Of a stretch of 64,000 nt of DNA, positions 13,590 through 26,000 are shown in pieces (the first letter of the stretch is position 1; every line of letters begins with the position of its first letter). The notes below the pieces were generated by a model, which was not told the DNA's origin, made no database searches, and saw only the letters and a program-made list of their open reading frames with translations. The stretch is from Eledone cirrhosa. Its lineage: Eukaryota. Position numbers and translations under genes: made by a program. Location of the stretch: the NCBI GenBank assembly GCA_964016885.1, contig OZ024742.1:350114001-350178000 (forward strand), given 5' to 3'.

Positions 13590-13593
<4 letters not shown>

Positions 13594-13778
13594 AACCAGT
13601 AAGACCCCGACAGCTGAGCTCAAGCTGTTTCGACGGCTAATTCAAGAGAATTAGCCGTCGAAACGGCTTGAGCTCAGCTGTCGGGGTCTTACTGGTTCCT
13701 ATTACCCACTCTACTACCTCAAGTATTGAGTACTTTGGTGCGTTATGGTCCACCTGGTTCCTTACCACCTTTCCTTCG

Positions 13779-13780
<2 letters not shown>
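13590..13780 (+). mobile_element. Family A fold-back micro-insertion (3' half of HHR) in (TA)n
   Basis: Arms of about 55 nt around 13645, plus tail ending ccttcgtta. Confidence 0.85.
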
Positions 13781-13834
<54 letters not shown>

Positions 13835-14122
13835 AAATAACGAAACGAAATTAAATTTCGTTTCGTTTGTAACTCACTTTTGTATGACTGACGCTTAAAC
13901 AATTAAGCTAAAAATGTACATCCACATATGTATACTGAAATACTAGTATGCATATGAATACACACACGTGTACATATGTAGATGTACCGAGTTTTTCACT
14001 GGTCACTTTACTGTGAGTGTCCAGCTATTCTGTAATGTAAACACACAGACAAACCGGTTTTTAGAGTCATACTGGTTTTTGAGGAAACACCTTTCCTCTA
14101 TTCTCCAGAAAGCCAGACAAGG

Positions 14123-14167
14123 AATATTGGACTAGTTTCGATGTTGTTACATCTCATCAGCAATATT
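14123..14167 (-). ncRNA. Minimal type I hammerhead ribozyme
   Basis: Reverse complement of the motif at 14728. Confidence 0.9.
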
Positions 14168-14588
14168 TACCTATCTTCCGGCCTTTCTAGAGAATCGTAA
14201 AAGCACATATCGTTATATGCTTTTTCTATGAAAATTAGTAGTGGGCAGACTAATTTGCATAGAACGTGAGTACGTACCGGTTCAACGGAGACGATAAAAA
14301 CAAATAACGAAACGAAATTAAATTTCGTTTCGTTTGTAACTCACTTTTGTATGACTGACGCTTAAACAATTAAGTTAAAAATGTACATCCACATATGTAT
14401 ACTGAAATACTAGTATACATATGAATACACACACGTGTACATATGTAGATGTACCGAGTTTTTCACTGGTCACTTTACTGTGAGTGTCCAGCTATTCTGT
14501 ATGTAAACACACAGACAAACCGGTTTTTAGAGTCATACTGGTTTTTGAGGAAACACCTTTCCTCTATTCTCCAGAAAGCCAGACAAGG

Positions 14589-14633
14589 AATATTGGACTA
14601 GTTTCGATGTTGTTACATCTCATCAGCAATATT
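14589..14633 (-). ncRNA. Minimal type I hammerhead ribozyme
   Basis: Reverse complement of the motif at 14728. Confidence 0.9.
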
Positions 14634-14727
14634 TACCTATCTTCCGGCCTTTCTAGAGAATCGTAAAAGCACATATCGTTATATGCTTTTTCTATGAAAA
14701 TTAGTAGTGGGCAGACTAATTTGCATA

Positions 14728-14772
14728 AATATTGCTGATGAGATGTAACAACATCGAAACTAGTCCAATATT
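14728..14772 (+). ncRNA. Minimal type I hammerhead ribozyme with palindromic stem III
   Basis: aatattg CTGATGA gatg-taacaa-catc GAA actagt C caatatt: perfect core and 7-bp stem I. Confidence 0.92.
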
Positions 14773-15193
14773 CCTTGTCTGGCTTTCTGGAGAATAGAGG
14801 AAAGGTGTTTCCTCAAAAACCAGTATGACTCTAAAAACCGGTTTGTCTGTGTGTTTACATACAGAATAGCTGGACACTCACAGTAAAGTGACCAGTGAAA
14901 AACTCGGTACATCTACATATGTACACGTGTGTGTATTCATATGCATACTAGTATTTCAGTATACATATGTGGATGTACATTTTTAACTTAATTGTTTAAG
15001 CGTCAGTCATACAAAAGTGAGTTACAAACGAAACGAAATTTAATTTCGTTTCGTTATTTGTTTTTATCGTCTCCGTTGAACCGCTACGTACTCACGCTCT
15101 ATGCAAATTAGTCTGCCCACTACTAATTTTCATAGAAAAAGCATATAACGATATGTGCTTTTACGATTCTCTAGAAAGGCCGGAAGATAGGTA

Positions 15194-15238
15194 AATATTG
15201 CTGATGAGATGTAACAACATCGAAACTAGTCCAATATT
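15194..15238 (+). ncRNA. Minimal type I hammerhead ribozyme
   Basis: Identical to 14728-14772. Confidence 0.92.
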
Positions 15239-15629
15239 CCTTGTCTGGCTTTCTGGAGAATAGAGGAAAGGCGTTTCCTCAAAAACCAGTATGACTCTAA
15301 AAACCAGTTTGTCTGTGTGTTTACATACAGAATAGCTGGACACTCACAGTAAAGTGACCAGTGAAAAACTCGGTACATCTACATATGTACACGTGTGTGT
15401 ATTCATATGCATACTAGTATTTCAGTATACATATGTGGATGTACATTTTTAACTTAATTGTTTATATATATATATATATATACATATATATTTATATATA
15501 TATATATGTATATTTATATACATATATGTGTGTGCATCTCTGTGTATATGTGCATGTGTGTGCATGTGTCTATGTGTGAATTTGTGTCCGTGTATGAGTA
15601 AGTATGTATGTATATATAAATATATATGT

Positions 15630-17658
15630 AAAGGATAACAAAATATCGTTATAGGTAATCCAATTAGAGGTTGTGAATACTTATTATGGATAGTTTTGCG
15701 TACGGCGTTGCTTGACTCAACAAGAGGTTTACGTAGATGACGAGTTTATGATTTCACTTGTATTCCTATGTAAGTTTATCTTGGAGTAATAAAATTGAAA
15801 AAGTGCAGAATAACATGGTCAACAGTACAAAAAAGGGCATTTATTTGCAGTCTAACAATTGTTTCACTGATAGATTTATCTAAAAATTGCTGAACACTAA
15901 AAACAGTGCCACTCAATTTATATACGATGTTAACTCTACTAGATCATCGGAAACTGTTAAAAATATATATATGTAACCGGCAAATTTACAAATTCAAATT
16001 ACATCATCAAAAATAATATTAATAATAAAGATATAGAGAGAAAAGGAGGAAGAAAGGGAGATAGATACGGTAAAGAAAGAAAGGAAAGGAAGGAGAAAGA
16101 AGAAGAAGGAAAAAGAAAAAAGAGAAAGAAGAAGAAAAGGAGAAATTATTATAGATAGTAATATAAAGAGAGGAAGATATATAGAAGATGATGGTATATA
16201 GATGAGAGACAAAGATAAGTAAGAATAACGTAGGATAGAGAGAAGAAGAGAAAACAATAGAGGGACAAATAGATGAATAACGTTAATGTATGAATAAATG
16301 TAAATAAAAATAAAAATAGATATATAAAAAATATATGAAAAAATTCTGAAAATAGGATAATGTTAAATATATTTATGTGTGTATTGGTTATTTTAATAAA
16401 TAAATTTAAGTTGTATTATATGATAAAATAAAATGACAGAGATGAAATAAATTTAGGGAGAGAAATATTAAAGTAAAGGGAGAAAAATAGAGATATATAA
16501 AATAGAGATATATAAAATAAGAATGTAAATATAAGAGGTTTTGATGTTGTTCTTTGATAGATGATGACAATTATAATTATAATGATAATGATGAGGATGT
16601 TGATAATGTAATATCATAATAGATCCAAGTGGTATAATCTGGGTTATGGAATAGATAAGATGGAATTAAGCTGGTCTAAAGTTCTCAAATTTAGTGGCTG
16701 ATTTATGTCGACAAAAAATGTTTTTTTCAATTTTACTGTTTTGTCGACATAAATCAGCCACTAAATTTGAGAACTTTAGACCAGCTTAATTCCATCTTAT
16801 CTATTCTATAACCCAGATTATACCACTTGGATCTATTATATCACATTATCAACATCATCATTATAATTATAATTATAATTATAATTGTCATCATCTATCA
16901 AAGAACAACATCAAAACCTCTTATATTTATATTCTTATTTTATATATCTCTATTTTTCACTCTTTATCTTAATATTTCTCTCCCTAAATTCATTTCATCT
17001 CTCTCATTTTATTTTATCATATAATATAACTTAAAACTAATTAATTAATTTATTTATTAAAATAACCAATACACACATATTTAACATTATCATATTTTCA
17101 CCATTTTTTCATATATTTTTTATATATCTATTTTTATTTTTATTTACATTTATTCATACATTAACGTTATTCATCTATTTGTCCCTCTATTGTTTTCTCT
17201 TCTCTCTATCCTACGTTATTCTTACTTAAGTTTGTCTCTCATCTATATACAATCATCTTCTATATATCTTCCTCTCTTTATATTTCTATCTATAATAATT
17301 TCTCCTTTTCTTCTTCTTTCTCTTTTTTCTTTTTCCTTTTTCCTCTTCTTCTTTCTCCTTCCTTTCCTTTCTTTCTTTACTGTATCTATCTCCCTTTCTT
17401 CCTCCTTTTCTCTCTATATCTTTATTATTAATATAATTATTGATGATGTAATTTGAATTTGTAAATTTGCCGGTTACATATATATTTTTAACAGTTTCCG
17501 ATGATCAAATAGTGTTAACATCGTATATAAAGTGAGTGGCACTGTTTTTAGTGTTCAGCAATTTTTAGATGAATCTATCAGTGAAACAATTGTTAGACTG
17601 CAAATAAATGCCCTTTTTTGTACAGTTGACCATGTTATACTCCACTTTTTCAATTTTA
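15630..17658. mobile_element. 5'-truncated PLE fold-back (ORF C-terminus + AT-rich 3' UTR)
   Basis: About 15790-16715 is an inverted copy of about 16740-17658. Both arms start at tgtcgacataaa (CRHK...RPA-stop, similar to the PLE C-terminal CxH). Extra tail 15630-15790. Confidence 0.75.
17492..17600 (+). ncRNA. Possible variant hammerhead (CCGAUGA core, long stem II)
   Basis: cagttt CCGATGA ... GAA acaattgt T agactg. Mirrored on the left arm at about 15848-15957. Confidence 0.45.
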
Positions 17659-17670
17659 TATATATATATA

Positions 17671-17863
17671 TAACGAAGGAATTGTGGTAAGGAACCAGAT
17701 GGACCATAACGCACCAAAGTACTCAATACTTAGGGTAGTAGAGGGGGTAATAAGAACAAGTATGACCCCGACGGCAGAGCTCTAGCCGTTTCGACGGCTA
17801 TTTCTGGACTGAATTAGCCGTCGAACGGCTTGAGCTCTGCCGTCGGTGTCATACTTGTTCCTA
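17671..17863 (-). mobile_element. Family A fold-back micro-insertion in (TA)n
   Basis: Tail on the left, arms around about 17810, same termini as the other copies. Confidence 0.85.
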
Positions 17864-17885
17864 TATATATATATATATATATATA

Positions 17886-18411
17886 TGAGCAACATCGGTG
17901 AGGTTGGCACCATTAACTCACGGTTGGGTGTGGATGCATTCATGTATATGTGTGTGTCCGCATGTATCTGTGTGTTTCTAAATATATTGTTAATAACTCC
18001 CTCTGGTCGAGTAATCTTTGAAGTGTGGTGACTGCTGGAAAGCTGCCATTACTCATACTTCTCGCCTCCTTCACCACCTCTTCTACGGCTTCGATATAAA
18101 TACCCCCTCCACCTCCGTGGTATTTTCTTCGGGGTTATAAGAGGCTTAGCTCTGTTTCTCGACCGTTGTATCGCGTGACTATCTCCCCTCCGCCTTTTGG
18201 GATTCTTTCTCACGTCGTGTAGACGCGTTCTTGAAGCTAGTAAAATGAGGTATCCTCTTGATAAGTCGGCAGACCTCGCAAAGACTCTATATCTTTATGA
18301 TGTATTGTTTTTGTTTATGCCACGAAACTACGTAGTCGAGGAATCTAGGAGCAGTTTAGGTATGATACATTTTATTACTAATTATATCTAAATGTTTCTT
18401 CTCTCTTCATA

Positions 18412-18414
<3 letters not shown>
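17886..18414 (+). mobile_element. HHR-bearing non-coding element, circular permutation of 10561-11260
   Basis: Segment order differs from the 10.6-kb copy. (TA)n flanks. Confidence 0.8.
18253..18342 (+). ncRNA. Type I hammerhead ribozyme, U3-A8 core
   Basis: tcctc TTGATAA gtcggca...tgccac GAAAC tacgta GTC gagga. Confidence 0.77.
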
Positions 18415-18459
<45 letters not shown>

Positions 18460-18462
<3 letters not shown>

Positions 18463-19040
18463 AGTTCACCAGTTGGTGCTACTGGTAACATGTATCCCAG
18501 TACAACCTGTCTCATGGTCGGGTCGTTGGCGACTAAACTGGCAACCCCACCAAGGTTTCTTGGTGAGGAGTGTGACTTTGGAATCCTGCAGTACGAAATA
18601 CAAAACCTGTCAAAGCTCTTAAGAGTCAATGGCCATCCAAAATCACCGGGAGAGATGACCCCTTAGCCTTTGTCAAGGCAGAATTCTAGGAGAAGGAAAA
18701 TTCTGATATATCACCTGCAACCCTGATGGTATCCAATGATGATTTATTGTTCTTCTTTTTGGTAAATATCATCTTGGTTAAGTGAGTGGGACTGGTTTTG
18801 TGCAGTGCCCTTGCTCACTATAAAAGCTTCACGGCACAGTCATTGCTTTATATCTGGAGATCTCTCTGCACTTGTCGTCACATGGTACCATGGACCCAGC
18901 ACTGTGTGTCAATAATTGTCACAAGTGTAGTGTTTGTACCAGAGTTTTCAAGTCGCTGGCTTGACTAAAATGTCACACTCGTTAGGGGTTTTCCTACATG
19001 GATATAAAGTAGTGGCTGTACTCGAAAACGAGTTGGCAGC

Positions 19041-19042
<2 letters not shown>
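18460..19042 (+). mobile_element. Probable 5' UTR fragment of an RTE-type LINE
   Basis: Motifs gtcgttggcgactaaactggcaacccc and ctaggagaaggaaaattctga resemble RTE 5' leaders as I recall them. No ORF to confirm. Confidence 0.35.
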
Positions 19043-19127
<85 letters not shown>

Positions 19128-19134
<7 letters not shown>

Positions 19135-19325
19135 GTGAGGTTTTTTTTTACAAATTGAAAGATAACCGAGGTGTCCTACACGAGGGAAAGTATAAAGAAA
19201 AAGAGATGAAATCGAAAATGCAACTGGAGTCTTATTTAAAAAAAATATATATATATTTATTTGGTTCCTTTACCGGTTTCGCAGTTCTTCTGCTTTTCAA
19301 AAGTAGAGTTGAGATGGGTCTGTGG

Positions 19326-19330
<5 letters not shown>
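19128..19330 (-). mobile_element. Short HHR-bearing insert in (TA)n; family also at 63853-64000 and (diverged) about 9920-10100
   Basis: Shared sequence gtcctacacgag..gaaagtataa..gatgaaatcgaaaatgcaactg..ttggttcctttaccggttt. Confidence 0.75.
19268..19303 (-). ncRNA. Minimal type I hammerhead, U3-A8 core
   Basis: Minus strand: ctt TTGAAAA gcag-aagaa-ctgc GAA accggt A aag. Confidence 0.7.
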
Positions 19331-19407
<77 letters not shown>

Positions 19408-19842
19408 TGTATATTTATATACATATATGTGTGTGTGCATGCGTGTGTATGTGTGCATGTGTACGTGGGCGCGCGCGTGTGTGTTTGTGAGTGTGTGTGC
19501 GTGTGTGTAGGAGTGTGGCTGGGTACGATTATTTTCAAAAGATCCCTTGTAGCTATTGGAAGGAACTATGTGTAAATATTAAGATATTCAGACAAGAACT
19601 CAATTTACATTTTGTATATGTTTGGTATTTATCTTGGCATATGTTATTAGAAATTCAAAAGAAAAGCTCCTCTTACAGATCATTTATCCGAGTGTTGTTT
19701 TATTGGTGTACAGTTATAACGGTAGTATGATCAGATTAGAGATTTCCTATTAACATATGACAAAGTAGATAAAGATCAGATATTCAGCAAGTCTATATGG
19801 AACATAAACAACTCATTGATTTAAACAACCCTAAATTAATCC

Positions 19843-19993
<151 letters not shown>

Positions 19994-20074
19994 TAAATAT
20001 ATATATATACTTTTTGTTCAATATAGAATAACATGGATGGTTGCAGCAGGATGCATTCACTGGTATATTAATGT

Positions 20075-23000
20075 TGGGAGGTTAGAGAGTGTCAGGGATG
20101 GGGAGGTTAGAGAGTGTCAGTGATGGGGACGAGGTTAGAGAGTGTCAGTAATGAGGAGGTGGTTAGAGAGTGTCAGTGATGGGGAGGTTAGAGAGTGTCA
20201 GTGATGGGGAGGTGGGAAGAGAGTGTCAGTGATGGGGAGGTTAGAGAGTGTCAGTGATGGGGAGGTTAGAGTGTGTCAGTGATGGGGAGGTTAGAGAGTG
20301 TCAGGGATGGGGAGGTTAGAGAGTGTCAGTGATGGGGAGGAGGTTAGAAAGTGTCAGTGATGGGGAGGTTAGAGAGTGTCAGTGATGGGGAGGTGGGAAG
20401 AGAGTGTCAGTGATGGGGAGGTTAGAGAGTGACAGTGTTGGGGAGGTTAGAGAGTGTCAGTGATGGGGGAGATTAGAGAGTGTCAGTGATGGGGAGGAGG
20501 TTAGAGAGTGTCAGTGATGGTAGGTTAGAGAGTGTCAGTGATTGGGAGTTTATAGATTGTCAGTGATGGGGGAGGTTAGTGAGTGTCAGTGATAGAGAGG
20601 TTAGAGAGTGTCAGTGATGGGGAGGTTAGAGAGTGTCAGTGATGGGGAGGTGGTTAGAGAGTTCAGTGATGGGGAGGTTAGAGAGTGTCGGAGATGGGGA
20701 GGTTAGAGAGTGTCAGTGATGGGGAGGTTAGAGTGTGTCAGTGATGGGGAGGTGGTAAGAGAGTGTCAGTGATGGGGAGGTGGTTAGAGAGTGTCAGTGA
20801 TGGGGAGGTGGTTAGAGAGTGTCAGTGTTGCGGATGTTAGAGAGTGTCAGTGATGGGGAAGTTAGAGAGTGTCAGTGATAGAGAGGTTAGAGAGTGTCAG
20901 TGATGGGGAGGTTAGAGAGTGTCAGTGATGGGGAGGTTAGAGAGTGTCAGTGATGGGGAGGTTAGAGAGTGTCAGTGATGGGGAGGTTAGAGAGTGTCAG
21001 TGATGGGGAGGTTAGAGAGTGTCAGTGATGGGGAGGTTAGAGAGTGTCAGTGATAGAGAGGTTAGAGAGTGTCAGTGATGAGGAGGTTAGAGAGTGTCAG
21101 TGATGGGGAGGTTAGAGAGTGTCTGTGATGGGGAGGTGGTTAGAGAGTGTCAGTGATGGGGAGGTTAGAGAGTGTCAGTGATGGGGAGGTTAGAGAGTGT
21201 CAGTGATGGGGAGGTTAGAGAGTGTCAGTGATGGGGAGGTTAGAGAGTGTCAGTGATGGGGAGGTTAGAGAGTGTCAGTGATGGGGAGGTTAGAGAGTGT
21301 CAGTGATAGAGAGGTTAGAGAGTGTCAGTGATGAGGAGGTTAGAGAGTGTCAGTGATGGGGAGGTTAGAGAGTGTCTGTGATGGGGAGGTGGTTAGAGAG
21401 TGTCAGTGATGGGGAGGTGCTTAGAGTGTGTCAGTGATGGGGAGGAGGTTAGAGAGTGTCAGTGATGGGGAGGAGGTTAGAGAGTGTCAGTGATGGGGAG
21501 GAGGTTAGAGAGTGTCAGTGATGGGGAGGTTAGAGAGTGTCTGTGGTGGCGAGGTTAGAGAGTGTCAGTGATGGGGAGGTTAGAGAGTGTCTGTCATGGG
21601 GAGGAGGTTAGAGAGTGTCAGTGATGGGGAGGTTAGAGAGTGTCTGTCATGGGGAGGAGGTTAGAGAGTGTCAGTGATGGGGAAGTTAGAGAGTGTCAGT
21701 GATGGGCAGGTGGTTAGAGAGTGTCAGTGAAGGGCAGGTTAGAGAGTGTCAGTGATGGGGAGGTTAGAGAGTGTCAGTGATGGGGAGGTGGTTAGAGAGT
21801 GTCAGTGATGGGGAGGTTAGAGAGTGTCAGTGATGGGCAGGTTAGAGAGTGTCAGTGATGGGGGAGATTAGAGAGTGTCAGTGATGGGGAGGAGGTTAGA
21901 GAGTGTCAGTGATGGGGAGGAGGTTAGAGAGTGACAGTGATGGGGGAGTTTAGAGAGTGTCAGTGACGGGGAGGTTAGAGAGTGTAAGTGATGGGGAGGT
22001 TAGAGAGTGTCAGTGATGAGGAGGCTAGAGAGTGTCAGTGATGGGGAGGAGGTTAGAGAGTGTCAGTGATGGGGAGGTTAGAGAGTGTCAGTGATGGGGA
22101 GGTTAGAGAGTGTCAGTGATGGGGAGGTTAGAGAGTGTCAGTGATGGGCAGGTTAGAGAGTGTCAGTGATGGGGAGGTGGTTAGAGAGTGTCAGTGATGG
22201 GCAGGTTAGAGAGTGTCAGTGATGGGGGAGATTAGAGAGTGTCAGTGATGGGGAGGAGGTTAGAGAGTGTCAGTGATGGGGAGGAGGTTAGAGAGTGACA
22301 GTGATGGGGGAGTTTAGAGAGTGTCAGTGACGGGGAGGTTAGAGAGTGTCAGTGATGGGGAGGAGGTTAGAGAGTGTCAGTGATGGGGAGGTTAGAGATT
22401 GTCAGTGATGGGGAGGTTAGAGAGTGTCAATGATGGGGAGGTTAGAGATTGTCAGTGATGGGGAGGTTAGAGAGTGTCAGTGATGGGGAGGTTAGAGAGT
22501 GTCAGTGATGGGGAGGTTAGAGAGTGTCAGTGATGGGGAGGTTAGAGAGTGTCAGTGATGGGGAGGTTAGAGAGTGTCAGTGATGGGGAGGTTAGAGAGT
22601 GTCGGTGACGGGGAGGTGGTTAGAGAGTATCAGTGATGGGGAGGTTAGAGAGTGTCAGTGATGGTGAGGTTAGAGAGTGTCAGTGATGGGGATGAGGTTA
22701 GAGAGTGTCAGTGATGGGGAGGATAGAGTTTCAGTGATGGGGATGTTGGAGAGTGACAGTGATATGGAGGAGCTTAGGAAGTGTTAGTGATGAGGAGATT
22801 AGAGAGTATTATTGATGGGGAGGAGGTTAGAGAGTGTCAGTGATGGGGAAGTTAGAGAGTGTCAGTGATGGGCAGGTGGTTAGAGAGTGTCAGTGAAGGG
22901 CAGGTTAGAGAGTGTCAGTGATGGGGAGGTTAGAGAGTGTCAGTGATGGGGAGGTGGTTAGAGAGTGTCAGTGATGGGGAGGTTAGAGAGTGTCAGTGAT

Positions 23001-26000
23001 GGGCAGGTTAGAGAGTGTCAGTGATGGGGGAGATTAGAGAGTGTCAGTGATGGGGAGGAGGTTAGAGAGTGTCAGTGATGGGGAGGAGGTTAGAGAGTGT
23101 CAGTGATGGGGAGGTTAGAGAGTGTAAGTGATGGGGAAGTTAGAGAGTGTCAGTGATGGGGAAGTTAGAGAGTGTCAGTGATGGGGAGGTATTTAAAGAG
23201 TGTCACTGATGGGGATGTTAGAGAGTGTCAGTGATGGGGAGGTGGTTAGAGAGTGTTAGTGATGGGGAGGTGGTTAGAGAGTGTCATTGATGGGGAGGTT
23301 AGAGAGTGTCAGTGATGGGGGCGTGGTTAGAGAGTGTCTGTGATGGGGAGGTTAGAGAGTGTCAGTGATGGAGATGTTAGAGAGTGTCAGTGATGGGGAG
23401 GTTAGAGAGTGTCAGTGATGGGGAGGTTAGAGAGTGACAGTGATGGGGAGGTTAGAGAGTGTCAGTGATGGGGAGTTGGTTAGAGAGTGTCAGTGATGGA
23501 GAGGTTAGAGAGTGTCAGTGATGGGGAGGTTAGAGAGTGTCAGTGATGGGGAGATGGTTAGAGAGTGTCAGTGATGGGGAGGTTAGAGAGTGTCAGTGAT
23601 GGGGAGGTTAGAGAGTGTCAGTGATGGGGAGATGGTTAGAGAGTGTCAGTGATGGGGAGGTTAGAGAGTGTCAGTGATGGGGAGGTTAGAGAGTGTCAGT
23701 GATGGTGAGGTTAGAGTGTGTCAGTGATGGGGAGGTTAGAGAGTGTCAGTGATGGGGAGGAGGTTAGAGAGTGTCAGTGATGTGGATATTAGAGTGTGTC
23801 GGTGACGGGGAGGTGGTTAGAGAGTATCAGTGATGGGGAGGTTAGTGAGTGTCAGTGATGGGGAGGAGGTTAGAGAGTGTCAGTGATGGGGAGGAGGTTA
23901 GAGTTTTAGTGATGGGGATGTTGGAGAGTGACAGTGATATGGAGGAGCTTAGGAAGTGTTAGTGATGAGGAGATTAGAGAGTATTATTGATGGGGAGGAG
24001 GGTAGGCAGTGTCAGTGATGGGGAGGTTAGATAGTGTCAATGATGGGGAGGTTAGAGAGTATCAATGATGGGGAGGAGGTTAGAGAGTGTCAGTGATGGG
24101 GAGGTTAGAGAGTGTCAATGATGGGGAGGAGGTTAGAGAGTGTCAGTGATGGGGAGGTTAGAGAGTGTCTGTGGTGGCGAGGTTAGAGAGTGTCAGGGAT
24201 CGGGAGGTTAGAGAGTGTCAGTGATGGGGAGGTTAGAGAGTGTCTGTGGTGGGGAGGTTAGAGAGTTTCAGGGATGGGGAGGTTAGAGAGTGTCAATGAT
24301 GGGGAGGAGGTTAGAGAGTGTCAGTGATGGGGAGGGGGTTAGACAGTGTCAGTGATGGGGAGGTTAGAGAGTGTCAGTGATGGGGAGGAGGTTAGAGAGT
24401 GTCAGTGATGGGGAGGTTAGAGAGTGTCAGTGATGGGGAGGTTAGAGAGTGTCTGTGGTGGGGAGGAGGTTAGAGAGTGTCAGTGATGGGGAGGAGGTTA
24501 GAGAGTGTCAGTGATGGGGAGGTTAGAGAGTGTAAGTGATGGGGAAGTTAGAGAGTGTCAGTGATGGGGAAGTTAGAGAGTGTCAGTGATGGGGAGGTAT
24601 TTAAAGAGTGTCACTGATGGGGATGTTAGAGAGTGTCAGTGATGGGGAGGTGGTTAGAGAGTGTTAGTGATGGGGAGGTGGTTAGAGAGTGTCATTGATG
24701 GGGAGGTTAGAGAGTGTCAGTGATGGGGGCGTGGTTAGAGAGTGTCTGTGATGGGGAGGTTAGAGAGTGTCAGTGATGGAGATGTTAGAGAGTGTCAGTG
24801 ATGGGGAGGTTAGAGAGTGTCAGTGATGGGGAGGTTAGAGAGTGACAGTGATGGGGAGGTTAGAGAGTGTCAGTGATGGGGAGTTGGTTAGAGAGTGTCA
24901 GTGATGGAGAGGTTAGAGAGTGTCAGTGATGGGGAGGTTAGAGAGTGTCAGTGATGGGGAGATGGTTAGAGAGTGTCAGTGATGGGGAGGTTAGAGAGTG
25001 TCAGTGATGGGGAGGTTAGAGAGTGTCAGTGATGGGGAGATGGTTAGAGAGTGTCAGTGATGGGGAGGTTAGAGAGTGTCAGTGATGGGGAGGTTAGAGA
25101 GTGTCAGTGATGGTGAGGTTAGAGTGTGTCAGTGATGGGGAGGTTAGAGAGTGTCAGTGATGGGGAGGAGGTTAGAGAGTGTCAGTGATGTGGATATTAG
25201 AGTGTGTCGGTGACGGGGAGGTGGTTAGAGAGTATCAGTGATGGGGAGGTTAGTGAGTGTCAGTGATGGGGAGGAGGTTAGAGAGTGTCAGTGATGGGGA
25301 GGAGGTTAGAGTTTTAGTGATGGGGATGTTGGAGAGTGACAGTGATATGGAGGAGCTTAGGAAGTGTTAGTGATGAGGAGATTAGAGAGTATTATTGATG
25401 GGGAGGAGGGTAGGCAGTGTCAGTGATGGGGAGGTTAGATAGTGTCAATGATGGGGAGGTTAGAGAGTATCAATGATGGGGAGGAGGTTAGAGAGTGTCA
25501 GTGATGGGGAGGTTAGAGAGTGTCAATGATGGGGAGGAGGTTAGAGAGTGTCAGTGATGGGGAGGTTAGAGAGTGTCTGTGGTGGCGAGGTTAGAGAGTG
25601 TCAGGGATCGGGAGGTTAGAGAGTGTCAGTGATGGGGAGGTTAGAGAGTGTCTGTGGTGGGGAGGTTAGAGAGTTTCAGGGATGGGGAGGTTAGAGAGTG
25701 TCAATGATGGGGAGGAGGTTAGAGAGTGTCAGTGATGGGGAGGGGGTTAGACAGTGTCAGTGATGGGGAGGTTAGAGAGTGTCAGTGATGGGGAGGAGGT
25801 TAGAGAGTGTCAGTGATGGGGAGGTTAGAGAGTGTCAGTGATGGGGAGGTTAGAGAGTGTCTGTGGTGGGGAGGTTAGAGAGTTTCAGGGATGGGGAGGT
25901 TAGAGAGTGTCAATGATGGGGAGGAGGTTAGAGAGTGTCAGTGATGGGGAGGTTAGAGAGTGTCTGTGGTGGGGAGGTTAGAGAGTGTCAGTGATGGGGA

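Larger units (their letters stand above)
13831..15464. mobile_element. Retrozyme-like array: 466-bp tandem units on both strands in head-to-head fold-back, four HHRs
   Basis: HHR spacing 14123 to 14589 and 14728 to 15194 is 466 bp each. Strand switch at about 14727. (TA)n on both flanks. No credible ORF. Confidence 0.88.

Noticed and set aside
14484-18391. Repeated short ORFs (MSSYSVCK..., MFSLL..., MGFFLTSC...)
   Set aside because: They recur only because the non-coding repeats are duplicated. They have non-ATG starts and no protein motifs.
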